From Phoronis australis (Eukaryota > Animalia > Phoronida): a stretch of 64,000 nucleotides of DNA. The stretch covers positions 248,151 to 312,150 of the forward strand of contig NMRA01000200.1 in assembly GCA_002633005.1 (NCBI GenBank), written 5' to 3'. This document shows positions 1 through 14,300 of the stretch, in pieces. The notes under the pieces were generated by a model. That model ran no database searches, was not told the DNA's origin, and saw only the letters and a program-made list of their open reading frames with translations. The position numbers and the translations under genes are program-made. Numbering within the stretch: position 1 is the stretch's first letter; the number at the start of each line of letters is the position of its first letter.

Positions 1-2301
1 AGCCATGTGCCTTGATGGGATATGTAGGTCTAGACACGGACAGTAACACAAGCCTTGTTACTTGAGTGAATACATTTTCTGGAGTTCTCTGTGCCATTTG
101 CAATGTGTGTTACCTAAACGTCATATTCCTTAATACCAGTTTGTCATTTTATTAGAACTAAAAGGTCACTTTTTGAGAACACTGTAACAGAACCATTTAT
201 TTCCAAAAAGAAGTTTGCTAGGATACGTTTTAGCTATGAAAAATGGTAGGATTGCAGTTTTAAAAAATGACTGAACATTTAATGTTGAAAGCCCTCCTAT
301 TGATAAGTATTTCAATTTACTTAGTATATCAAATCTTCATTGATGTATCCTGTTCTAAATTAGGTCACGTACCCACAGGAATTAACAATATTTACAGTGG
401 TACAGCTTTCCATATTTTTCTGCACTACAAACATAATATGTGATTTTCTTTGCCATTTCTTTCAGCATCTGGAGATAAAGTATTACAACAAGTACATGGA
501 GGCAAGGATTGACCACTGCACTTGGTGGAATTAATGTTTGCATCGAGTGGTTTTGTTATACACTGTAAACATGTATTCAGAATGTGATCCTCAGGTGAAG
601 GCAGAACATTGGACTAGTGGTGGATAGCTTACTTAATTTACAAAATAAACATCATTTGATGTGACAAAATAGACATTGTAATGTAATATTTTAATGATAC
701 AGTATCTTTCATTCCTTGAGGCCTCTGACAGGAATTTTCACAAGATTGTTACGATAACTTGTGCAACATGGAGCTGCTTCAAAAATTAAAATAAAAATGT
801 GCTGCTGAAAAACTTGTATATTTGTTTTATCAAAATAATGTAACAACAGGTGTCACTGCTATTGTGACGGATCATGAGAAGAGTTGCTAGGAGTTTAACT
901 GGAAGAATGCCGTGCATCCAAGCCATGTTGTGGCTACAGTAGACACAAATGTGCTGATAGAGTTGTTTGTCCAGAACATTAGACAAAATCGAGGCACAAG
1001 CGACAAGTCAGTGGACAAAATTTTGTTCACACTACTTGCAGATTATTTTTCAACCTACTTGGAAATGCCCAAGTTAACAAGTAGATCAGTTGAGTTTGGC
1101 ATCATGCCAAGAGGATGGTGCATACAAGTTAAAATCTCCAGCATATGTTTCTGGCTAGACAGTGTTGGGCACTAAGTCTCGGCTTCCTGCACTAAATAAC
1201 AGTCCTACTAACTTCCTAAAACTGCTTTCAAGTGATGATGTAGTAACATCATTTCTGTATTCTCTAGGTGCAGTTACCCAGCCTCTAGCCTTTCGTACAT
1301 TTCGGATGGTTAATTCTCCAACCATCTTCAGGCGTTACAGAGGTTGGTATAAATAGATTTTAGAAATTGTCCTGCTATTTCTTTATCTAGCACAAAATCT
1401 GTTTAAATGTTGAATGGTGGACATAATCATTCATCCAGGTGAGGTACTGATACATTAGTGTAAATCAAGTCTTCTATAGTCCTGCTGTTCAGACAGTCTC
1501 TCACTGCTATCGTCCTCATTCTTTGTTCAATATATCCGGCGATTCATTCTTGGACTGATTTACCAGGGAGTGAGAAAATTTGATGCACAACTAGCGACCA
1601 GTCATCAGAAAATCTCAAATAACTTGAGAACGGTAAGTGTCAGAGAAAAACAAGTGGCACACTTCTGATACCCAGTAAAATGATCTATGAACAGAAAAAA
1701 TCTGAAAAATCCCTCAAGATACATTGGAGCTATGGCTCCAGAAACCAAAATATTGAGAAATGGCTGCTACAACCCCATCTTGCATCCAATTTAGGCTTCA
1801 AGCCATTCAAAAGACACAAGTATGTTCATTTCACATTGATCAGATATAAAATGCGACCTGTAGCGTGCGAACAAAGAAACAAAAAAACAAAAATTTTATG
1901 ACAGTAACATTTCACAAAGTAATAACCAACTAACGCTTGTAACTTGTCAGCAGAGCAGATAATTTACATTTTGAGAGACAGTAAGTACAACTGTAACTCT
2001 ATTACAACAAAATAATTTTCAGGATGATAGTGAATGGAAAAGAAGTTAAACACGTCTTATTTTCTAGTAATTGCCACTAGGGGCATGTCTCAAGGACTTG
2101 CAACCTTTTTAGATCTGATTTTCACATGTCAAAACTTCCGTGATGACATCTTTCTGGTATTTAAAATACCTCTAATTAATGAGTTAAGTTCAGAAAAAAA
2201 TTCCCAAAATTTATTTAGTGAAACACTGATAAAGCTCTGGCAAAACGTAAATGGTTAGTTCTTAGTGAAATAGGTCCCTGAAGTTTTGCAGGTATCAGCA
2301 G

Positions 2302-5300
2302 TCAGTCCAGGTAATCCAAATTTAAGTAAGGGAAGTTCATTTCTTGTTCAATCCACTTGGCCACAATCAGCATCTGTTTTTCCTTAAAAGCCTGTCCCAT
2401 AAGTTGTAGAGATATTGGCAAGCCATCCCCTGACACCTGAATGGGTACATTTACAGCTGGTATACCTGTAAGTAACAATTGTTGCAATATAACGTTTCAT
2501 TTTGATGCCATACTTAATGTTAAGTAATATCATTAACGCTAACACTATCATTATTATTGTAGTCAATATTCAAAGTTTACAGTGTAACGTTACAAAACCA
2601 TTTTCATTAAAAACTTGTAAGGAATAAAAAATTGCATAGACGAACTGCCAAAATTGCAATTAAGCTCAGTAGAATGGTAAATATGATTGGCATAGTGACA
2701 TTTCTTATTATATTCAAGGCAGGTGTAGTATACTAAGCACGGTGTGAGCATCTTCGTATCTTGTTCCTCCTTGGCCTATAAACAACATTCAACTCAACAA
2801 TTTTTAGACTTGTTAACATTAACTTAACAACATGCAGCAAATGCTTAATCTGCTACAAGAATGACATACATGCGACCTCACTTAACTCATAACTGCATAA
2901 ATCGTCACTTTTTCTTGGTCACTATTATACTCCCATTCATTTACATGTAATAGTTCAAGTTTCATTATCGTTTTCAAGTCGCTGTTTTCACTGAACTCAT
3001 CACCCAAAAACAGGATCTGTTCTGACATTTACATGCAAAATTTACTTGGACTTGCATTACCATGTGTATTCACGACAAGTATGATGGTGACAGCTTAAAT
3101 TGATGATAATTAGCGCTCAACATGATGAGAAATACTGCTAGGAGATGCCAATCAAAGTCACAATTCACTCAATATAACAAGAGCAACGCAGAGCGTTGAA
3201 ATGCGCCAACGAATGCATCGCAAATGGTGTGCTTTAAGGGTTGTTTATTTGTGTCATAAAAATAGCCAATAGATGGCGCAAAAACGTACAATCCATACAA
3301 AAACGGGAACATGTCATTGCTTCTTTAATAGAAAGCTATACACTCATTTTCATAGAAATCCATCATGGAACTTCAGAGAAACAAAGGAAAACAGAATAAA
3401 ATGAAATTGCCACTAGGGGGCACATTGTTCATTAGATATGCCTGAAAGTCGTCATTGTCTGTTGTTAGCTTCATATAAATACAGTTACTAATTAAATTTA
3501 ATAAAGATCCTGCAGTGGGTTTAGGAGATACAAGATGCCCGTATTCAAAATTTTATGAAAATCCGTTGACAGAGGACCTTTGAAGATACAGAGGTAAATG
3601 TAAAACTAAAATTGCCACAAGGGGGCACACCAGTAGTCATATCCATTCGAAAATCATAGTCCTCCATTGCCAACATCACACAAACACACTTCCTAAGTTT
3701 AGTAAAGATCCTGCAAACGGTTTAGGAGATACAGCCATAGGAGTAAAAAACGAAATTGCCACTAGGAGGTGCCGAAGTAGTCGAAGTCATTAGAAAATCA
3801 ACGTCACCCGTCCACTTCATTGTGAAAACATACAAGCCAATTTTCACAATTATCCTGAAAGCGGTTTGGTTGATAGAGGGGTGAACGCCAAAAACAGAGT
3901 AAAAACAGTAAAAATGGCCACTAGGTGGTGCAAACTAGGTCGAATCCATCTGAAAACGGAAAGATAACATCATCTCACTAACAGAAGCCTATAAACCAAA
4001 TTTTATGAAAATACATTGAAGACCTTTGAAGACACAGTGGTAAATGTAAAAAAATAAAATTGCCACTAGGTGGCACACCAGTAGTCAGATCTGTCCAAAA
4101 GTTGTCGTCCATTGCCATCATCATATAAATGCACTTGCTAAATATAGTAAAGATACTACAAACGATATAAGAGATATTGTGATATGTGCACAAAAAAAAA
4201 CACCACTAGGAGGTGCTACAGTATTCGAAGTCGTCGGAAAATCATCGTCAACCATCCTCTTCATAGTAAGAACATACATGCCAATTTTCACAATCGTGCT
4301 TAGAGTGGTTTGGTTGATAGAGGGATGGACCCTAAAAAACTCGAAAACAGTAAAAATGGCCACTACGTGGCACAAACTATGTCAAATCCATCCAAAAACG
4401 GGAGGATACCGTCGTCTTACTGATAGATGCCTATACGCCAAATTTTGTGAAAATATGTTGTGGACCTTTGAAGATACAGAGGTAAACGTAACAAACTTAA
4501 ATTGCCACTAGGGGGCACACCAGTAGTCGGATCCGTCCGAAAGTTCGCTCATGCCGTCCCATCCATGAAGGAAACACATGTGCAAAATTTCAGGAACATA
4601 TGTCAATTAGTTTTGGATATAGAGTGGCAGACGCTGGACAGACGCCGGACGGACACCACCCAGACAGACGAACGGAGATGACGACATAATGCATCCACAT
4701 ATAAATATGTGGGCACATAAAAAGCATTATAATGATTCAGCTCTCCATGATACAGTCTCCAAAACATAACCTCAACGAATTTTCCATAGCACAGGCATGG
4801 AATAGTTTTAAAACCAAGTTTGATGGCTCGCATTTTGTTGTTTTTTTTCATCGACAAATTAATGGTTAAGTACTAGTCCACGAGAGCACCAGCCATGAGC
4901 GGCAAGGTGGGGGTCAACCGATTTTCACCAAATTTGGCACATAGGTAGTCCTATGGGATCTATAAACAGCGGTAAAATATTTCTTGAAAATATTGCGTTT
5001 TTCTAAAGTTATAGGCTCAAACACATTTTACGGCTTCGCAGCCATGTTTTCACGGTATAAAAACTGTCCAGTTTTAACTGTTCAGATTTTTCCTTGAATG
5101 AAAGCTATTGATTTATTGTTCACTTGGCATTGTTTAGTGGTGCCTGTAGATTGTTACACAGATGTCTTGAAACACGATTCCGATTTACCACCCTCATTTA
5201 GTAGTTTTACTACACTGCCCCCCGTTATGCCATTTTGAGGTTGTGTTCAGTACACTGCTGTACCAAATCTGCCCCCACTGTTATGAGAATGAAACTTAGC

Positions 5301-8300
5301 CAAAATGTTGACAAAACATGTTACTTTCATTTCATAAAATAAAAACTTTGTCAGCCAGTTTATTAGTTATATATTTTGGCACCTCAAATGTACTAAAATG
5401 AGAAATTTTCATATATCTGAGATCGATGCGTGAGCACCGTAAAATCCGATTGTCCTTTATGTTTTTCGATATTTTGCAACAAGTTAGTTCCTCCTGAATG
5501 TTTTGAACGTTTTACTACTGATCACTTAGGGCTATAGTACCCCTAAATACCATACATGGCTCCATTTTGTAAAAAGCCGATTATGTCCTCCACAGTGAAC
5601 AGGGTTAGACATGAACTCGACAAATGTAGGTTATTTTGATTTACAGTTGTTTTACTTTGCAATTTCCTCATGGGTATTTCTTCACACATATTCAAGTCAG
5701 ATTTTCTGTTGATCAAATGTTCATGCAATGCATTGTAATATCAAATGAAGGATAAGTTTTGTTGCATGACCGCAATTTTTCCCACGACTTAAAACAAAAG
5801 ACCGCAGAAATTTTCCTGACGAAATACCGGGTTTGCAGTTCTGTAAAAACATTCGAATGACAAGACAAACTCCACCACTGTCCATGGCAACTCGTCGCAT
5901 GTTTTTCGCCCATCGGTCCTATCATTGTTTTCCTTTGTTGTGTCATTGTTGGATGTAACAACACAGGTCGCATGGATATAGAACCTTGCGTACATCAGAC
6001 CGTTGCCGATAAGTGCTCGTCATTATATCTTTATTATAACAACGGAAACAATGAAGATGCTAATCTATTGTTCTCTATGCGACCAGGTTTCCCGTGGATG
6101 ACCACAGAAGAGGAATCCCAAAGTATCCACAAACAATGACCACGCACCTTAGTAACTATTACCGCGCACACGAATCCTTTCCGTGGAACCTAAACACCAA
6201 ATTTTTATATCCGTGTATTGTGTTGTATTGCTCATGGTACGGGTTCAGACTCTGTTGTATTAAGATTCCAATCCCCAACCCTGTAATATGTAGTTTGAGT
6301 AAAATTTCTAGACAATGCAGGTTTATGGATTTATTCTCCTTCAAATGAAGAGTAAAAATCAAATTCTGCACAGGTTTTTTAAAAGTAATCACTTATTGGA
6401 AGATCACACATCTAAAAATAAAACAATGTTTGACAATTTTATTCATTATCTTATTTGAAAATTGCCTACCTCACAGAAAACTCATCTAAGTTGAAAATAT
6501 TCGTTGTGAAAAAATATAAAATACCAACCAGAGACTTGTGTACTACAAAATATGTTTTCGTAATACAATGCAAAGATAACTCTACAGTCAAAAGTGCAAA
6601 TGTTATGACTCTAATAAAAAATTGGCGTCTAGATCTTTTCAACACCCTAATTGCTACAGGACAGAGTCAACCACACAAAGCTCATAAAGTCAGGGAATTA
6701 CATTTAAGGTGATGTAGTCTCACTGCGAAAAAGTGATTTCGCAATATCGCTGACAACACTGGAAATCTCTTCTTCACAAACTTGAGGTAGCTGTATTTAC
6801 CACATCAATGTTCTTATCAAAACTAACCACCATAAAATGAAAAATTGGCTTGTCGGTTCCAATTAGGCAGCATTTTACAATGAAATGGTCATGAAAAAAT
6901 ACTTTTGCAACATGGTTTGCATTACAATTGCCCTACGATTACAGATGTACATACATACTAGACCAGTAACAAAATTACCCATGGGAACCATAAAATGGTC
7001 AATTCGCCAAAAAACAAGGAGCCACCAGAGCTAATGTGCCAATACTTTTCAGTACTGCAACAAAAATCATTTGAAGTGGACATAAACTCGCCTAAAATCA
7101 CATAAAACAACTTTTGATTTAGATATTTTACCATCACGAAATAGGTATTACTTCCAGGTCACTTTTGAGCAATTTCAGAACTTTGAAAGATCTGGCAATA
7201 TGCAATTGCTAGAGACCAGACTAATAGTGTGCAATTTTTTACACACAGCATGGTCTCAAGGAATAGCAAACTGTCAATTTGCTACAATTCCAGAAATCAC
7301 TTCCCATCTGGATAAGGAACAAACTGAGCAAAGTTTATAGAGGTAAATGGTCTAAATCAAAACTTATTACCTCCTGGACAGAATATGGGTTTACAACCCA
7401 GGCAGAAAGATAACTAGTTAACAAAACCAGCCTAACTGCAACAGGGTCTCAAATTTCAGTAATATATACCCATTTACAAACAAAAATCTATAATGTTAAA
7501 TAAAATGCGGAAACATAAATTCATATCAATTACGCATCTTCAAGGAAAAGGAATAGTACAGTGGTCAGAAATCATCTAAATGTGATGGCGACACTGAGAA
7601 ATCCTGTCAGACCAAAAAATCCAGTGGCTAAACAAAATGAACAATGTATCATTACCATGTGGCCCAGGATCATAATCCGTGCCTGGACAAAAATTCAGTC
7701 TTAGACTAGGTAAATTTTAGATTTGTGCTGTTCACACAAGCAGTTCTGGTGCAAACAAAGCTTGCGACAACACACAAGCCTACTTCCCTACACAGCTGTG
7801 CTGATACAATAATGCCCCCACTGGATTTAGCAGATCAGCCAGAGTATTTACAGGTCCAGCCACTGTACTGTTTCCTCCCTTTGAATTTTTACAATGCTAC
7901 ATCCTTGACAATCGCAGATTGCCTCTTTCAATGCATACTCCACTTCCTCTGTCCCAGTTTCTCCACATTTGCTGAGAGTGGCCTATCTCAACAAATTACT
8001 TTGGACCTGTTGTGGTATAAGCCAGTAATCTTTGGCAAATACTTTTTCCCCAACTCGTTCCTCAAGCTACAAATTCTCTTTGACATATCTTCTGGGAGTA
8101 GACTTTTCGGCCTCTCTCTAGCCCCCTCACTTAGTTGTCCAGAAGGGTACCTTCTTGCTGGTTGTGAACTTTTCCATACCCAACCTTTACTAATAATCGG
8201 CAAGTCTCCAACTTCAGCAGAAGCCACTTCTTCAGCATAAGCCTTTCCTGATTCCTAAAATTGTATTAATGAAAAATTAAACATATTAAATTTAATGTGG

Positions 8301-11300
8301 CCATTTCGGCTCACAAAATATGAATACCAAGCTAAAGTGAAGGCACCAATATTTTTTACGGCTTTAGCATGTTTAATTAACTTCATAATTGCAGAAAATC
8401 ATTGGTAGACAAAACATACTCCCTAGTCTCTAAAAGTAGTTCATGGGCAGAAGTCATGTTTCACATTTGGTGGTTGTTATGAAAAGTTATGATGACTACC
8501 TATTTTCTATGCCAATGTATACATGTAGTTGCATAAACATCAACACATTTGAATAAGATATGATTAAGCAATAAGGCCCAAGTTATAAGCAATCACGGTG
8601 TGTCAATAAAAGTATTTTTGCATGAATGACGAGCTTCTAAAAATATTCCTCAGGGTCAGACCCTGGAGTTTAGTGATTCCTACCTGAGCTCACACGAAGC
8701 AGGACGTTGAACCTTGACTTAACGTCTTTGGTCATTTTTCAGACCTCTATCAGATTTCTCCTCTAGTGTGCAGTGGATGTTCTAAGTGTCTTTGGCGACG
8801 CCAATATATCTCGAGTGTTGTAACGATGATTCGGGCAAGTGAACCTAATACGGTAGATTATGTAGCTCCTGCTGCACACAGTGCCTCCGAGGCAGACACT
8901 GAGAGTCTGACTGAGACAGACTACTCAGGAGGACACGTTCCACCTCCACATCAGCTCCACGTACTCTTATAAGGTGCTCAAATGTCTCGCTCTATACCTT
9001 GTGCATTTCCCTAGAGTTTCCAAAGTTGTTTCTCTCCCCAATTTGTAGAAATACCACATTTGATGCGACTGGCAGTGCCAGATAAATAGATAAATTCGCA
9101 AACCCGCACTTTAGGTCAGCCATCATTCAACTAACGCATTGTAAGCTTTAGTTTGGTATTCAGACGAATTGGATGAACAAATTTAGTATAATTTCATTAT
9201 TTATTGGGAAATGCTAGTGTCCTTAAAATTAATTAAAAACATTTAAGCAAACCAATTGTTTTAATTGTTGTTTTATACCACGGCATATTAATGCGTAGAA
9301 ACGGCGCACAACTAGTGACTGGTTTAACATGACAAATACACATACGCGGTCTGAAAATAGTGAAATTCAGACACCTATTACCAAGCCTGCCTGAAGGGCT
9401 GACAAAGTTTTTATTGTATTAATTTCAAGGGCATGGAGTCTTCTACATGTCCATGTTATTATTTTTAGTTTTCTCGCGGGGGCAGCTTCGCTATAAGGGT
9501 ACAGCTTACTGCTGGTTTTTCACAAGACGGAAACGTACCTCCACGGAAACAGTTCCAGTGTTACCATGGTAACCGATATTGCAGTGTCGGTGCCGTTTTT
9601 ACTGACATTGGTCATGAACCTATCATGTGATATCAAAATTGTTCAGAAACGATTCTGTTTGAAGCAGAAACTGGAGTAGAAAATTTGGTCAAAAATGACT
9701 CATTCCACACCAAGAAATTGCCTCATTTTGCCCCCCAGAACACTTCCCTTGTATCTCCTAAACCACCAAACTTTGTGGTGTCATACTTCACCCATTTTCT
9801 CTCATCCCTAATGTGATTTATCAGACTAAACACGGATCTGAATGGTTGACCCCCCACCTTGCCGCTTGTTGGCTGTACTGTGGTCGGTGGATCCGTGGAC
9901 TGATACTTAAGTGCTACAACTGAGATTAAAATCTTTTGCGCTTAATCATGGAGCCATGCCTAGATGCATGTGCCTATATATGGGACATTTCAGTAGAAAA
10001 ATCGCACTGAAGTTGACCAAACGATGTTTTACACATAAGACACCACTCGGATAAGTCATCATTTTTTTACGGTCCCAAAGGTGACGAGTTAAATGAAGTC
10101 TCTTGTATTTTGGTTGTTTTTATTGATCAGTTTACAACTGTTGGTAAAACGTCACACCAACAGCAAATTAACTAAAGACAACTTTTAGTTGAAAAACAAA
10201 AGATACTTTAGATTTTTTAAAGGATTTAGTACCAGCTAGATTCGCAGCAATGGTGTAGATATCTTGAGTCTGAAGTTTAGCCCTGCTTAACTGCTTTTCA
10301 AACAATCGATAACTGAGAGCTGTGTTCAGAGTTGTAGGTGTAAGGATAATGTCAACCCCAGACTGGTAAACTTTGGTGAAGTCGTCCAACAACATTCGCC
10401 TCACTTTCTGAGCTTTTATGAAGTAGTCTTCATAATTCCTTATGAAACAAAATAAGAACATTCTAATTAAAAATACCAACCATGTACTATGTCATTTTAG
10501 TAATAAGTAACCAGATTTTTCAGTTTATCAAGACTATAATTACAAAAATTCCATGAAACCCTTTGTCTCAAAAAAAAAAATGACACACACTATAAAACTA
10601 AGACACCTTATTTAGGCAGCATGACCTCGTTCATTGACAGACTTTTCACAGTACAATTGAGCTTTTATCTTTACTTTACAATGACACACATAAACTCTTG
10701 AACAGTTAAGTCTCTGACAAAGCCATATCTCTGTGGTTACAATCGTGAATACACAGCATAAAAATCATAGACTTAATACAAGATTCAGATAAAATAGTCT
10801 TGTAGTTATTTCTCTCCAAATACATTTATTGTTCACCCACCCTTCCAGCAGAAAATAGTTCCCACAAAGGATCCTTCCACGAACTACATCATTAAATCCT
10901 TGGTGTCTTGATGATGAGAACAGAGCCTCTATGGAATCCTCCACATCAGCACGGTGACCTGAAGAGGAATGTGGCAAGTGATGACACAAGTAATGCAAAG
11001 GTAATGTATTGTTACTAATTATCAGTTTTATTAATGATCTATTCACTAACTGACCTTCTCGGCATGTCACATAAACAACAAAGAAACCGGAATAAAACAA
11101 TCAAACAGAACCTGGAAATAATTTAAATACATAGCATACAAGACTGAAAAGTAACACAAACCAAAAGAACAAAAAAAACAAGTCATAAAACATATGCCAA
11201 GTTCGCTTACCCAATAAATGTGAAAAGCACTAACCAGTAACCAGCACCGATATGAAAATGCACAACTCTAGATTACCATCCCACTACATTGAAATGTTGC

Positions 11301-14300
11301 ATTCATATTTATACAGTACAAACCAAAAAGTATTCAGACAAAATGACCCAGAATTCCCAACTAGACGGCAGAGCATAAGCCGAATTCATCATTAGATTGG
11401 AATTCCTTCAAACCAACAAGAGCAACGCGGAGCGTTGAAATGCGCCCACAATGCACCGCAAACGGGGTGTTTCATAAAAATAGCCACTAGCCATATAAAT
11501 ACAATTACTAAATTTATGTTCAGCTATGGGCGCAAAATAAAACAAAACTACCACTAGGAGGCGCCACTGTAGATAAATATGTTATCGTCATCCGTCCTCT
11601 TCACATTGAGAACATATACGCCAATTTTCAAAATCATCCTTAGAATGGTTTGGTTGATCATGGGTGGACACTAAAAACAGGCAAAATGGCCAATAGGTAG
11701 CACAAAGTACCTCGATTCCATCCGAAAACAGCAGGATAGCATTATCTCACCAATAGATGCCTATAATCCAAATTTTCTGAAAATCCATTGAGGATCTTTG
11801 AAAATACAGAGGTAAACTTAAAAAGTAAAGTTGCCACTAGGAGGCACACCGGTAGTCAGATTCGTCCAAAAGTCGCCGTCATCCATTGTCAACATCATAT
11901 AAATACATTTGCTAAATTTAGTAAAGATCCTGCAAATGGTTTAGGAGATACAGCCATGGATGCAAAAAAAAAACAAAACTGCCACAAGGAGGCACCACAG
12001 CAGTCGAAATAGTCGGAAAACCATCACCAGTTTTCCTCTTCATAGTAAGAACATACATGCCAATTTTCACAATCATCCTTAGAGCGGTTTGGTTGATAGA
12101 GGGTTGGACGCCAAAAAACAGACTCGAAAACAGCAAAAACTGTCACCAAGTGGCGCTAACTACATTGAATCCATCCGAAAACGGGATGATAGCGTCACCT
12201 CTCTAATAGATGCCTATATGCTAAATTTTATGGAAATACGTTGAGGACTTTTGAAGATATAGAGGAAAGTGTAAAAAACTAAAATTGCCACAAGGGGAAC
12301 ACCGGTAGTTGGATAAGTTAAAAAGTTCCCTCATGCCGTCCCATCCATGAAAGGAACATATGTGCAAAATTTCCTGAACGTACGTCAAAGGATTTTGGAG
12401 ATAAATCAATGGACACTGGACTGCAGACAGATGACGGAGATGACAGCATAATGCGTCCACATGCAAATATGTGGGCGCATAAAAATGAAAGGGAATTAAC
12501 GTGTAAGTTAGTAAAGAGGCTAAGCCATTCTGTAATTAAAGTTTTGACACCCTTACAGTTATTACAAGTGAATTTTGTTGTCAACATAAATGGCCATTAT
12601 CACGGGAACACTGTATTTTGTTCGATTACTTTTGTCCTGAACTGTAAATGTTTGGCTACACTTGAAAGTTATGCAATTTCCCGTTTATATTCCTTTGCCA
12701 AACAATGGTATTTGTCCTGGAGAATAGACTCTCTAGAGGTTTGTGTGAAACAGAATCTAACCCATGATTTCATACAAGTGTTTATTAACTATAAGACCAA
12801 CTAGCAGCTGAGTTTTAACTGTTCTGTCAACTCACCAAACTCTATTCCATCATATCTTGCCATGTTGGACGCCACCTCACAACAGCACAGAACAGTGTAT
12901 ATAGCCAGACAATATTTGCTATGGGGCAGAGATACCTGTGACACTTTAGCACCTGCCTTGTCTAAGCTATCAGCTAACATAGTCCATGCCTCTTTGACTT
13001 CTGATGTTAAACCAGGATAACTGAAATCCTGAAAAGACATAGATAACTATTATTAACATGTCAGATAAGCTCATCTGTGAGACTTACAAATTACTAAGCT
13101 TAGGCAAACCTGGCCATATGGCAGATAACTTGGGTTACCCTACTAATTAATAAAGCTTAGAAGTGGTCCAAATGGACCATGTGCTTTTGAAATCACTCTA
13201 CTTTCTTTTAATTGTCACATTAATGTACAAATGGACGCACTTTGCTTTAAGGACAATGATATTCAACCCAGTTTGAATCCCACGTTTCTTCATAGATCAT
13301 GAGCATTGCACAAGCTCGTCTCTGCCTTTTTGAGTTTGGTCTTACCTCCAAAGTGCTATGGGAGTGAAAGTGGCATGAATGTTTTGAGGGTCAAGTAAAA
13401 TACAGCACTCACTAAGTCATCACGGAAAGAGCTCCTTTAGACCTGTTCAGTAGCAGCAGAAGCAGCTTCAGCATACATCTGGCTGCAGAGAAGTAACACT
13501 TGGCAACATGACCATAGCAAGACATGAGGTACGGATCCACCTCAGGGAGCCCGCGTATTGGAGGCTGTACTGGATCTGGACCGAAACGACCAATGACCAT
13601 TCCTAACCAGCTGAAGACAAGTGACGGTCAGCAGCATCAACATCTCTGTTTACAAGTAAGTTAACAACAGTATGACAGAAAACTGTGGCCAACTCCACAA
13701 CCAAGACTGAAGGTACACATTGTTCAAACTGTACCTCAATGTGATGTTCATACTAAATGTTGACCCAGTAACCCATTGTGAACATCCTTCTCCTGGTGAT
13801 TATGGAAGGATACAGTGACATCTAGATAAAAATAAACTGAATATACAGAGATGGCATTCAGTTCATAAAAAGTGACTTATGGCTTAAGTCAGTGTGGCTG
13901 TGTGGCCTAGTGTGATAGGTGCCCACCTTCTCTCTCAAGGTCGTGAGTTTGAGTCTCACCGGGCCACACTGCTAGACCCATGAGCCAGGTCTCTAGCTCC
14001 TCAGCTCGGTTGTAACTATATACTAACAAAGCACAAAAAATGGTTCCAGGTGATCAGTGCAATGGGCCCACATGTGCGGCCTACGTCACGTACAATGTGT
14101 AAGACTGTCTGCAATTATCTTTATAAGTCAGCCACTGTGTCCAATGGTCGATACAGCTTTGGTGGATTAAGATTCCAACTTTCCAAGACATGAGGTCGCG
14201 CGTTGCATTTCATTCCATGCTGATTACGTCATCAGCCAAACACCACCATGACATTAGCTAATGAAAGTAATCACGATGAGGACACAACGTCGCTCAGTTG

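Noticed and set aside
724-1356. Coding-like patch with short ORFs (912-1175, 1162-1356)
   Set aside because: No recognisable domain or coherent splice structure; probably a decayed TE.
3978-4511. Recurrent ORFs with [13 protein letters not shown] / [10 protein letters not shown]-like peptides (also ~11918, 35695, 36131, 61215, 61785)
   Set aside because: Incidental translations of the HINE internal repeat on both strands, with frameshifts between copies.
7290-7370. ~80-bp similarity to 38475-38555; similar short matches at 36955/48685 and 11315/50885
   Set aside because: Ordinary fragments of dispersed repeats, too short to classify.
13578-13620. Hammerhead-like words (CCGAAAC ... CTGAAGA); similar partial cores at ~30812 (+) and ~29560-29600 (-)
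   Set aside because: I could not form stems I-III with an NUH cleavage site; at most decayed remnants. An Infernal search with Rfam hammerhead models would settle it.
13896-13964. Possible tRNA gene
   Set aside because: B-box is degenerate, the cloverleaf is imperfect and no T-run terminator follows; better explained as a SINE head.
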